From positions 3,168,001 to 3,232,000 of the forward strand of contig OZ241986.1 in NCBI GenBank assembly GCA_965204375.1: a stretch of DNA of 64,000 nucleotides, in the 5' to 3' direction. This document shows, in pieces, positions 9,928 through 18,502 of the stretch; within the stretch, counting starts at the first letter, position 1; each line of letters begins with the position of its first letter. The position numbers and the translations under genes were made by a program. The notes beneath the pieces were generated by a model. That model was not told the DNA's origin, did not search any database, and saw only the letters and a program-made list of their open reading frames with translations. This DNA comes from Candidatus Latescibacterota bacterium (GTDB lineage Bacteria > Latescibacterota > UBA2968).

Positions 9928-12816
9928 TTAGAAGCTGAGCGCGAGTCCGAAGCGAACCTGCCGCGGCGTGCCAAAGTTGAATGGGCTTTTCTCTTTGAGC
10001 TTGTATTTGTCTTCGCCCAGTTGACCAAAGCGCTCCACAAATTTGCGGCCTTCGTCTGTATTCAACCAGCCCGAAGTCATTGGGCTACCCGTGCTCGAAT
10101 ACACGGGGCTGGTCGCGTTGGCGCGATTGAACAAATTGAGCACCCAGACGTATATGTCGCCCTGAAGCCCTATAATTTTGAAACGCTTATTCGCCTTCAC
10201 ATCGGTCCTGAATGTCCAGGGACCATAGCTGGAATTCACCGGTCCCGAAGGACGTGACGCCGAAGCCCCTGTGGTCACTTCATTAAACGTGAACGTGGGC
10301 GTATAGGGGAACCCACTCCCGGCTTCGAACAACACATTGATCCCTGCATTGGACAGCGGCTGACCACCCAAGAACCTCGGCCCATCTTTATCGACAAAGC
10401 GATAGTCGATCGATGCCGAAATTTTGTGGCGTTGATCAAAGTCGAGTGGTGAGGTCGATTTGGGCGGCTCGGTCACGCCGGGTTGGAAGCCCCAGGCGAT
10501 CCGCCGCTGAGTTTGTGGGGTTGATCCCGTGCCCGTCGCATAAGCCAGAGAATAAGACAAGCGTGCTGTTGTGCGCCCTATGCGACGCATGAGCAAACCA
10601 AAGTCCAGCCCCTTGATGGTTCCGTAGTCATTGTTGCGGAACGAGGAAAAGGCCGTGGGATCAGACGGAATTGTCGACACCTGAACGAGATTTTCCACGG
10701 CTTTGTAATACGCCGTCACATCAACACTGGCATGACCGCCCACCTGCTGCACCACACCCACTTCGTAAGCCGTGGTTTTTTCCGGCCTGAGATTCGGATT
10801 GCCAAAGGCGTAATAATATCCCCCCAGTGGCACTTTATATTCCAGATAATCCAGACCAACATACAGGTCTTCCAGCTTGGGTTGCTGGTAAAAAATGCCG
10901 TAGTTCATGTGGAACACGGTCTTATCTGTAACGGGAAACCCAACACCCAGGCGCGGGCTGAGCTTGTGATACACGCTATTGCCAGCCAGATCCGACGGAT
11001 CCAGCGTGGAATCGCCACCCAGTGGCACGCCTTCATTGGCGAGCACATCGGTACTCGCATTCAAATAATCGTACCGAACCCCCGCGTTGATAATCAACCC
11101 ATCGTATTCCATCTTGTCCTGCACGTAAAAAGAGGCCAAAATAGGCTCTTTTAGCGCATCGCGGGTCGAATCCAGAGGCTCGACTACCTGACCATTCCAG
11201 TTGTAATCATACCCGTAGCGATCTACATCCTGAAAGCCACCCCTGTCGTCTGTACTAACGAATGGACCGCGAAAGAGCAAAATGGGGGTCAGGTGCCGAT
11301 AATAACGCAACCGATGCATCTGCACATCAAAACCGAGCTTAAACTGGTGATTGCGGCTGATCTGGCTGGTCAAATCGAAGTCGATAGGCGTGAGATAAAA
11401 TGAGCTGGTTTGCTCAAAGTCATCATACACGCGCCCTTCATCGCCTTCAAAATACGTTATAGAGCGATCATTGATGGTTTCCGTTGTCCGCGTAATCTCG
11501 GTGGAATCCACATCGCCGCGAGCAAACAAACTTTCCGCGTCAAAACGCGAATTGCCCTGGGGACGGGCATAGTCGTGCAAATTGTCGAAATGAACCCCGT
11601 CGCCCGCCTTAAAATTCTGGTCGAACAGACTTGTTTGCAAAGTAAAAAAGGTCTTTGCACCGAGCGTATAGGTCACGCGGGCAAATGCCGAGTTGTTATT
11701 TCTTTTGACACGCGGCGCATGCCGCAAATTATAGCGATATGTGTGACTATAGCTCAAGCGATCCGTTTTTGAACCTACAATCCCGGCTTTCAGACCGATT
11801 TCGTCGGACAACCGATACGCCAGCTTGGCCTGCCAGCCCCATCTTTCGAGCGTATAATGCGGCAATATGCCCTCGCTGAGCAAATCGTACTCTTCCTGTG
11901 ACAACAAATCTTTTTCCCACTCGTGGGCTTCCACCCCCCAGCGCGGGCTGCGGTCGAGGCGATCGATGTATTCTCCGGAGACAAAAAACGAAGGCCCGTT
12001 CGTCCCGGGAACGAGCGGACCACCAAATGTCGCATCGGTGGTATTATACCCGTAAGAAGGCGCACCGGCCCAACTGCGGTCATTCATCTCATCGGTGATG
12101 TATTCCACAGACCCCGAATAATTCTGCCCGCCTTCGCGCGTCACCACCTTGACAACGCCCGACATCACGCGCCCATACTCCGCTTCAAATCCACCCACAA
12201 TCACAGATACTTGATCAATAGCGCCATTGCTCAGGGTCGTGGTCGATGAGCCGAATTGCAAATCCTTCTGCGATACCCCATCGACGATGTAGTCAACTTC
12301 GGAAAACCGCCCACCGCGTATGTAAAGCGCACCGTTTCGGTTCGTCACGCCCGCCTGCAAGGACGTGGCCGCTGCATATCCGCGAACGGGCATATACTCG
12401 AGTTCTTCGCTGGTTACGAGGCGCATCGAACTGGTTTTGTCTTTCTGCACCAGCGGGCGCACCGCCACCACTTCGATGGCTTCGGCTTCCAGAGCCTGTT
12501 CTGCGAGCACAAAATCAACTTCGGTGGTCAAATCGGGCAACACCTTGATGCCCTTGAGCACCACGTCTTGATACCCGATAAAACTGCATTTTACGTCATA
12601 CGTGCCTGCCGGCACATTCAAAATCACAAAATTACCTTCGGGATCGGATGTCGCACCAAAGACGCTGTGCAGGCCCAGAACCACCACATTGGCACCGGGC
12701 AATCCACCACCGTCGTCTTTATCGACAATCTGACCCGCAATTTTACCCGTCACCCCGGCCATCGCCGATGCGGATAAAAACGACATCGCAACAAATGCGA
12801 TTATCCATCTCGTCAT
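9928..12816 (-). CDS. TonB-dependent receptor (carboxypeptidase-regulatory-like N-domain, plug, barrel)
   Basis: 'GKIAGQIVD..GGLPGANV', plug 'IRGGR..EVDYIVDG', 'GGFEAEYG', 'GNPNLRPEKT', C-terminal 'PRQVRFGLALSF'; RBS GGGAG before ATG 12816. Confidence 0.9.
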   Translation of the reverse strand: MTRWIIAFVAMSFLSASAMAGVTGKIAGQIVDKDDGGGLPGANVVVLGLHSVFGATSDPEGNFVILNVPAGTYDVKCSFIGYQDVVLKGIKVLPDLTTEVDFVLAEQALEAEAIEVVAVRPLVQKDKTSSMRLVTSEELEYMPVRGYAAATSLQAGVTNRNGALYIRGGRFSEVDYIVDGVSQKDLQFGSSTTTLSNGAIDQVSVIVGGFEAEYGRVMSGVVKVVTREGGQNYSGSVEYITDEMNDRSWAGAPSYGYNTTDATFGGPLVPGTNGPSFFVSGEYIDRLDRSPRWGVEAHEWEKDLLSQEEYDLLSEGILPHYTLERWGWQAKLAYRLSDEIGLKAGIVGSKTDRLSYSHTYRYNLRHAPRVKRNNNSAFARVTYTLGAKTFFTLQTSLFDQNFKAGDGVHFDNLHDYARPQGNSRFDAESLFARGDVDSTEITRTTETINDRSITYFEGDEGRVYDDFEQTSSFYLTPIDFDLTSQISRNHQFKLGFDVQMHRLRYYRHLTPILLFRGPFVSTDDRGGFQDVDRYGYDYNWNGQVVEPLDSTRDALKEPILASFYVQDKMEYDGLIINAGVRYDYLNASTDVLANEGVPLGGDSTLDPSDLAGNSVYHKLSPRLGVGFPVTDKTVFHMNYGIFYQQPKLEDLYVGLDYLEYKVPLGGYYYAFGNPNLRPEKTTAYEVGVVQQVGGHASVDVTAYYKAVENLVQVSTIPSDPTAFSSFRNNDYGTIKGLDFGLLMRRIGRTTARLSYSLAYATGTGSTPQTQRRIAWGFQPGVTEPPKSTSPLDFDQRHKISASIDYRFVDKDGPRFLGGQPLSNAGINVLFEAGSGFPYTPTFTFNEVTTGASASRPSGPVNSSYGPWTFRTDVKANKRFKIIGLQGDIYVWVLNLFNRANATSPVYSSTGSPMTSGWLNTDEGRKFVERFGQLGEDKYKLKEKSPFNFGTPRQVRFGLALSF

Positions 12817-12959
12817 GGTTAACTCCCTTCTGAAATAATTTCGAAAACCAGACTTAAAAGATGCTTGTGCACCTCTGTCGTCTCCCCTCACGTAAACCGT
12901 TCTCAGCTATATCGCTACTACATCACCTCCTTGTTCTCCCCCGACAATAAGCCATTTGC

Positions 12960-14054
12960 TTATCGCACCGATGACAGCGACATACCTTGATGAATGGGCT
13001 TTCCCTGTGACCGGCGCACCTGAATGAGTTCGGAAACAATACTCACGGCGATTTCTTCGGGTGTATCTGCACCGATATCCAATCCAATCGGCGCATGCAC
13101 AACATCCAATTTTTCTCGCGGGATGCCTTTGGCTTCAAATTCTTTCCACATCAGCGCGATCTTCCGACGGCTGCCAATCATACCAACATACGCCGCCTGG
13201 GTATCAATCGCCTGCTCAATGACCGGTTTGTCGTGCTGATGCCCGCGCGTCACAGCCACCACATAAGACAAATCGTCAATAACCAGATGGTCAAAAGCCG
13301 TCTCCATCTCCAGCGTCAGCGTTTCACTCGCCATGGGAAACCGCTCTTTATTGGCAAACATGGGCCGGTCGTCAATAACCACAATTCGAAACCCGACCGA
13401 ATGCGCGATCTGCGCGATAGCAAAAGAGACATGCCCCCCGCCAAACAAAAACAGCGTGGGCTCGGGACAAATAGATTCCAAAAAGACCACAACGGGTTCT
13501 GAGCCGATATTTATGACCTTGAGCAAACTTTCCGGAATCGCCTCAAAAGCTGCCACTTCTTCGCGCACACAGGCTTCGGCAAGGGCATGGCCCAGACTAC
13601 CCACTGTTCTACCATCGGGATGGACCAATAACTTCGCACCCACCTGATCGCCGCCCGAAACCAGCGTTGCCAACACAGCCGAACCGCGCACTTTGCGAAC
13701 CCGAGCAATCTCGGCGAGCATATCATCTGCGCGATCGGGCAGTAGAGGCTCGGTAAAAATCTCGACATTACCGCCGCAATTGAGGCCATTTTCGCCCGCG
13801 TGTTTTTCCGTCAAAATAAACTTCTGCAAAGTCGGTGCTTCGGTTTCCATCACATGACGGGCTTCGGCCCACACATCGGCTTCCAAACAACCGCCACCCA
13901 CCGTACCTATAATCACGCCATCGGGACGCACGAGCATCTTGGCCTTTTTGCTCATCGGCAAAGATCCCTTGCTCGACACAATCGTCGATAAGGCGGCCTT
14001 TTCACCCTGAGAAACCAGGGTCAAAGCCTCTTGAAAAACATCTTGACCAGCCAT
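12960..14054 (-). CDS. xdhC: XdhC/CoxI/CoxF family molybdenum-hydroxylase accessory protein
   Basis: 'GTVGGGCLE', 'CGG', 'FGGGHV', 'YVGMIGSRRK', 'APIGLDIGADTPEEIAVSI'. Confidence 0.9.
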   Translation of the reverse strand: MAGQDVFQEALTLVSQGEKAALSTIVSSKGSLPMSKKAKMLVRPDGVIIGTVGGGCLEADVWAEARHVMETEAPTLQKFILTEKHAGENGLNCGGNVEIFTEPLLPDRADDMLAEIARVRKVRGSAVLATLVSGGDQVGAKLLVHPDGRTVGSLGHALAEACVREEVAAFEAIPESLLKVINIGSEPVVVFLESICPEPTLFLFGGGHVSFAIAQIAHSVGFRIVVIDDRPMFANKERFPMASETLTLEMETAFDHLVIDDLSYVVAVTRGHQHDKPVIEQAIDTQAAYVGMIGSRRKIALMWKEFEAKGIPREKLDVVHAPIGLDIGADTPEEIAVSIVSELIQVRRSQGKPIHQGMSLSSVR

Positions 14055-14063
14055 AACATCCCC

Positions 14064-15200
14064 CTACTTCCAAACAGACCGCAGTGTTCGGGCCAATTGA
14101 ATCAAACTCTCCAGATTGTGTGCGGGCAAAAAATAATCCAGATATGGAAGTGCTGTCTTCATCCCCAAACACAGGGGCTGATACCCCGGCGTGCCCAAAA
14201 GTGGATTGAGCCACATCAACTTATGCACGCGCTTTCGCAATCGCGCCATCTCTTGCCGCATCAAATCGGGATCGCCCCGGTCCCAGCCATCGCTCACAAT
14301 AATCATCACAGTGCGCGAGTGCAACATATCGCGCGCAAACTGGTCGTTAAACTCTCGCAAACACCCGCCAATATCTGTGCCACCCGCCCAGTCGTGTACT
14401 GTATCAGCCACTTCCACAAGCGATTCTTCAATACCTTTTGTTTTGAGCAAACGCGAAATTGCGGTCATCCGCGTGGAAAACACCCCGACCTCTACATCTC
14501 GGATTTCGCGCTTGAGCGCGTAGATAAAGCGAATCAGAAACCGGCTATAACAATCCATAGACCCGCTCACATCACACAACAACATCAGCTTGGTCTTTTT
14601 GATGCGCCGCCGCTTCATCATCAATTCGACACCATCAGAACCATACAGCGCATTGCGCCGCCATGTACGCCTGAAATCCAGTTCAGCCCCCCGATTTTCG
14701 GGCACGCGTCTGCGACTGCGGCGATTGGCAATAATATTCACAATCTCGTGGATCACCTTTCGAGCCTGCTCAATCTCGCGATCGGACATTGCGGCCAAAT
14801 CTTTTCCCATCAAAGCCTCATCGGGGCTATACCCAACTTCCTCGGATTCACCCTCCCCTTCGGCCTCTTCCTGCAAATCTGCGGTATCCACCACCTCATT
14901 GACATCTGCCTGAACATCGAGATCCGGGTCTCCGCCGGCATCCGTATCGGTCAGCGTCATATCGTCGGGCAAAATCGGCCGCGCCCAGAAAGCCCTGAAA
15001 ACCTCGTCAAAAGTCTCCAGATCGTCGTAGCGCGACACCAGTGTCGCACGCGCAGCAGCGTAAAAATCGCTCCGATTGTGCAGGTTGATATATCGAAAAC
15101 TGTCGCACAAATCAATGAGATTGCCCGCATTGACTTCAACGCCTGCACTGTGCAAAGCCCTTGAAAAACCGACAACTCGTCCCAGCATAGTTCCTGGCAT
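14064..15200 (-). CDS. coxE: CoxE-like VWA domain protein
   Basis: MIDAS 'DVSGSM', 'GGTDIG', 'SDGWD', 'WLNPL'. Confidence 0.88.
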   Translation of the reverse strand: MPGTMLGRVVGFSRALHSAGVEVNAGNLIDLCDSFRYINLHNRSDFYAAARATLVSRYDDLETFDEVFRAFWARPILPDDMTLTDTDAGGDPDLDVQADVNEVVDTADLQEEAEGEGESEEVGYSPDEALMGKDLAAMSDREIEQARKVIHEIVNIIANRRSRRRVPENRGAELDFRRTWRRNALYGSDGVELMMKRRRIKKTKLMLLCDVSGSMDCYSRFLIRFIYALKREIRDVEVGVFSTRMTAISRLLKTKGIEESLVEVADTVHDWAGGTDIGGCLREFNDQFARDMLHSRTVMIIVSDGWDRGDPDLMRQEMARLRKRVHKLMWLNPLLGTPGYQPLCLGMKTALPYLDYFLPAHNLESLIQLARTLRSVWK

Positions 15201-15208
15201 ATGATCTC

Positions 15209-16120
15209 CTAAACGGCAACTTGTGTGCGTTCTTTCAGCAATCGGGCCTTCTCAATCAGTTGTGGCAGGCCATCTTCCTGAATTTTTTCAATATCTTCTT
15301 TATACTTCAACACGCATCCCAATGTCGCATCAACCGTCTGCGGGTCCAATTCTTCAACTCGCATAGCCATTAAAGCCAGTGCCCAATCAATCGTTTCGGC
15401 AACACCGGGTTTTTTGTAAAAATCGCGATTGCGCAACAGTTGCATAAATCCACAAACCTGTTGTGCCAATTCGTCCTGCACACCCGACACACGCGACCGC
15501 ACAATATCCATTTCTTTGCTAAACGAGGGATAATCAATCCACAAATACAAACACCGGCGCTTCAGTGCGTCGTGCAACTCGCGCGTGCGGTTGGACGTAA
15601 GCACGACAAACGGCACCTGCATCGCTCTTATCGCACCAATCTCGGGAATCGTAATCTGAAAATCGGACAACACTTCGAGCAAAAACGCTTCAAACTCTTC
15701 ATCCGATCGATCCACTTCGTCAATCAACAACACCTGTTGCTTTTCTGCGCTACCCTCAAGAGCCGACAAAAGGGGACGCTTGAGCAAAAAATCTTCGCGA
15801 AAAATATTTTGACCAATTTCGGCCTTGTCGATTCCTCGCGCTTCTTCGAGCCTTAGCTCCAGCATCTGGCGCGGATAATTCCATTCGTACAATGCCGTAT
15901 TTGCATCAATGCCCTCGTAGCATTGCAATCGAATCAACTCAGTATCAAAAATACCGGCCATAACTTTGGCCACTTCTGTCTTTCCAACGCCTGGTTCCCC
16001 CTCCAGAAAAATTGGTTTGCCAAGAGACTGCGCCAAAAAAATCGTCGTTGCCAATGTGCGGTCCGTGATATACCCCTGCTCGGCAAACCGCTCTTCAACA
16101 TCTTCAATAGAATTCAGCAT
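15209..16120 (-). CDS. coxD: CoxD-like MoxR family AAA+ ATPase
   Basis: Walker A 'GEPGVGKT', 'LQCYEG', Walker B 'LLIDEVD', 'ELHDALKRRC'. Confidence 0.88.
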   Translation of the reverse strand: MLNSIEDVEERFAEQGYITDRTLATTIFLAQSLGKPIFLEGEPGVGKTEVAKVMAGIFDTELIRLQCYEGIDANTALYEWNYPRQMLELRLEEARGIDKAEIGQNIFREDFLLKRPLLSALEGSAEKQQVLLIDEVDRSDEEFEAFLLEVLSDFQITIPEIGAIRAMQVPFVVLTSNRTRELHDALKRRCLYLWIDYPSFSKEMDIVRSRVSGVQDELAQQVCGFMQLLRNRDFYKKPGVAETIDWALALMAMRVEELDPQTVDATLGCVLKYKEDIEKIQEDGLPQLIEKARLLKERTQVAV

Positions 16121-16653
16121 AATAACCTTTCTTTTGCGTACATTTCGCCGTACTGCGCCACCCAAATTTGCAATGCCTCTCTGGTCGTATCAAAAGCCAG
16201 ATCATTCCAGGGAATATCCTGGGGGGCAAATGTAGCTACAGCCTGCGATTCAAAATTGCCTTCCAACTTTCCGCCCACAACCCGCCCAGTATAAACAATC
16301 AGCACCACCCGTTCCCCTTCATAAGACAACACGCCGAGCAACTCGCCGATCTCAACATCTAACCCCACTTCCTCGCGGGTTTCGCGCACAGCCGCGACAT
16401 CGGTTGGCTCGCCTGCATCCACATATCCGCCGGGGAACACCCACTTGCCAAACCCGGGATCAATATTGCGCTTGAGCAAGACAACGCCACCATCGAGAGT
16501 TACAATAACCCCGGCTGCTACTTTGGGGTCGAGATAAGCCACAAATCCACACGACGGACAACACGGTCTCTCCCGATCTTCAACTGCTTTTACAACCAGC
16601 AAAGTCCCACAGCGCTCGCAAAACCGGGCTTCGGATTTTATGCAATTGGGCAA
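16114..16653 (-). CDS. NUDIX hydrolase with N-terminal zinc ribbon
   Basis: CxxC...CxxC and Nudix box 'GGYVDAGE....AAVRETREEVG'. Confidence 0.9.
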   Translation of the reverse strand: MPNCIKSEARFCERCGTLLVVKAVEDRERPCCPSCGFVAYLDPKVAAGVIVTLDGGVVLLKRNIDPGFGKWVFPGGYVDAGEPTDVAAVRETREEVGLDVEIGELLGVLSYEGERVVLIVYTGRVVGGKLEGNFESQAVATFAPQDIPWNDLAFDTTREALQIWVAQYGEMYAKERLLC

Positions 16654-16708
16654 AGGGATTAACCACCTTATTTCTTATTAATACTAAATAGTAGTATGTT
16701 CAAAGGGT

Positions 16709-16737
16709 AAAATACATAGGGATGTGTTTTGGGTCAA
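16709..16737 (-). promoter_or_regulatory. sigma70-like promoter for NUDIX-coxD-coxE-xdhC
   Basis: TTGACC-17 bp-TATTTT on minus strand. Confidence 0.55.
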
Positions 16738-16739
16738 CG

Positions 16740-16802
16740 AAAAAGCCCCGAATTTGAATTCGGGGCAAAAAAAATGGGAACCGGGTCGCGGGCCGGTTCC
16801 CA
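16740..16802 (-). terminator. two tandem intrinsic terminators downstream of phoU
   Basis: TGGGAACCGG/CCGGTTCCCA stem + U8 (16767-16802); GCCCCGAAT/ATTCGGGGC stem + U5 (16740-16766). Confidence 0.85.
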
Positions 16803-16824
16803 AGAGGGAGAATACGTCGTGCTT
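16767..16824 (-). ncRNA. candidate Pho-regulated small RNA (~57 nt) in the phoU 3' region
   Basis: Pho-box-like array and -10 element upstream, single-stranded AUUCUCCCUCU, strong terminator, no ORF. Confidence 0.5.
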
Positions 16825-16829
16825 GGAGT

Positions 16830-16885
16830 ATAATATCATCGCCGCGTTACAATCGCGTGTCATTTACGCGACAAAACCGTTAATT
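16830..16885 (-). promoter_or_regulatory. Pho-box-like array (4 units) plus extended -10
   Basis: AATTAAC/TTGTCGC/ATGACAC/TTGTAAC at exact 11-bp period; TGaTATTAT hexamer starts 10 bp after the last unit. Confidence 0.65.
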
Positions 16886-17561
16886 ATTCGCCCTCCCGCA
16901 ATTCCTCCTGTTGATGTCTCACAATGCGACCTTGCACGAGATAGACGACATTTTCGGCAATATTGGATGAATGATCGCCAATGCGCTCCAGATGCCGGGA
17001 CACGAGAATAAGCAAAATAGCCTGATCTACAGTTGAGGGAATACCCGTGTTTAAGTACGTCAACAACTCGCGGAAAATTTGATCGCGCAAGGCATCCATA
17101 GTATCGTCAATGCGGCGCACCTTATTGGCCAATTCCACATCGCGATTGACAAAAGCATCCAGAGCATCCCTGACCATGCCTCTTGCCAAATCGGCCATCC
17201 GCGGAATATCGATCAGCGGTTTCAATTGCGGCATCTGATTGAGCAAACGGGCGCGCTGCGCGATATTCACCGCCTGATCATTGATGCGCTCGAGATCGTA
17301 ATTAATCTTAATAATACTCGCCACCAGGCGCAAATCGCCAGCCACGGGTTGCTGCACAGCCAACACCCTCAAACACTCTTCTTCTATCGCCACTTCCCAA
17401 TCGTCGATGTGATGCCCACCTTCTTCAACCACATCGGCGAGGTGGTTGTCGCGTTCTACAAGTGATTGTACTGCCTGTTCAATCGACTCTTCCACCGCAC
17501 TGCCCATCTTCAACAACTCACCTTTGAGGTGGTCGAGATGCTGGTCAAGGGTACGCTCCAT
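16884..17561 (-). CDS. phoU: phosphate signalling complex protein PhoU
   Basis: 'QQPVAGDLR', 'DLERIND.A.NIA', 'LERIGDH..NIAE'; follows pstB. Confidence 0.95.
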   Translation of the reverse strand: MERTLDQHLDHLKGELLKMGSAVEESIEQAVQSLVERDNHLADVVEEGGHHIDDWEVAIEEECLRVLAVQQPVAGDLRLVASIIKINYDLERINDQAVNIAQRARLLNQMPQLKPLIDIPRMADLARGMVRDALDAFVNRDVELANKVRRIDDTMDALRDQIFRELLTYLNTGIPSTVDQAILLILVSRHLERIGDHSSNIAENVVYLVQGRIVRHQQEELREGE

Positions 17562-17578
17562 AATAATCACCCCGGTTA

Positions 17579-18388
17579 TTAGCCAAATCGCCCCGTCACA
17601 TAATCTTCGGTTTGTTTGAGTTGCGGATTGGTAAACATCTCGCTCGTTTCGGCCATCTCAATCAAACGTCCCAAATAGAAAAACGCCGTATAATCCGAAA
17701 TGCGCGATGCCTGCTGCATATTGTGTGTTACAATCACAATAGTATATTGCTTTTTGAGATCTTCAATCGTCTCTTCAATACGCCCTGTCGCAATTGGATC
17801 CAGTGCCGAACAGGGTTCATCCATCAAGATTACCGAAGGCTCAACAGCAATTGCACGCGCAATGCACAACCTCTGCTGCTGGCCTCCCGAAAGACCCAGA
17901 GCACTGTCATCAAGTCGGTCTTTTACTTCATCCCAAAGCGCGGCAGCTTGCAAACTGCGTTCCACGACTTCATCGAGTACCGCCCGCCGATTCTCACCTG
18001 CAATCCTCAAACCGTAAACAAGATTCTCGTAAATCGACTTGGGAAAGGGATTGGACTTTTGAAACACCATACCGACCTGGCGGCGCAGCGAAATCACATC
18101 GTATCCGGGGCCGTAAATATCGTCATTATCAATTTCAACCACACCCTCAATACGCACCGAATCGATCAAATCGTTCAGCCGATTCATGCACCGCAAGAGC
18201 GTTGACTTCCCGCATCCGGAAGGACCTATAAGAGCCGTCACCCGATGCTCGGGGATCTGCATGTCAATGTCAAAAAGGGCCTGCGTCTCGCCGTAATACA
18301 GGCTCAGATTCGATACAGTGACAATGGGATCCTGAATATCTGGAACAATTGTTTCGGACCGTGTATTTGCAAGTTCTGCTTCAGCCAT
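17579..18388 (-). CDS. pstB: phosphate ABC transporter ATP-binding protein
   Basis: 'GPSGCGKST', '[11 protein letters not shown]', 'LSGGQQQR', 'DEPCSALDP', '[10 protein letters not shown]'. Confidence 0.97.
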   Translation of the reverse strand: MAEAELANTRSETIVPDIQDPIVTVSNLSLYYGETQALFDIDMQIPEHRVTALIGPSGCGKSTLLRCMNRLNDLIDSVRIEGVVEIDNDDIYGPGYDVISLRRQVGMVFQKSNPFPKSIYENLVYGLRIAGENRRAVLDEVVERSLQAAALWDEVKDRLDDSALGLSGGQQQRLCIARAIAVEPSVILMDEPCSALDPIATGRIEETIEDLKKQYTIVIVTHNMQQASRISDYTAFFYLGRLIEMAETSEMFTNPQLKQTEDYVTGRFG

Positions 18389-18402
18389 CGTGATTCCTTA
18401 GA

Positions 18403-18502
18403 TCAGTAGCCAGTTGTCAGTTGTCAGTTGTCAGCCCGCCCAGCCCCTCTTTATTTTTCTGCATTCATCTGCGTCATCTGCGTCATCTGCGGATCACACT
18501 TC
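18403..18502. repeat. composite mini-satellite element between pstA and pstB
   Basis: (CAGTTGT)n heptamers + CCAGCCCCTCTTT + (CATCTGCGT)n ending in CGGAT; inverted homolog at 22440-22590. Confidence 0.8.

Noticed and set aside
12922-12932. 16S rRNA 3'-end fragment (ATCACCTCCTT)
   Set aside because: Only 11 nt match and the flanks are not rRNA-like; treated as an SD-like site instead.
16724-17011. 95-aa + strand ORF over the phoU 3' region
   Set aside because: It crosses terminators and runs antisense to phoU, with no clear RBS or motif.
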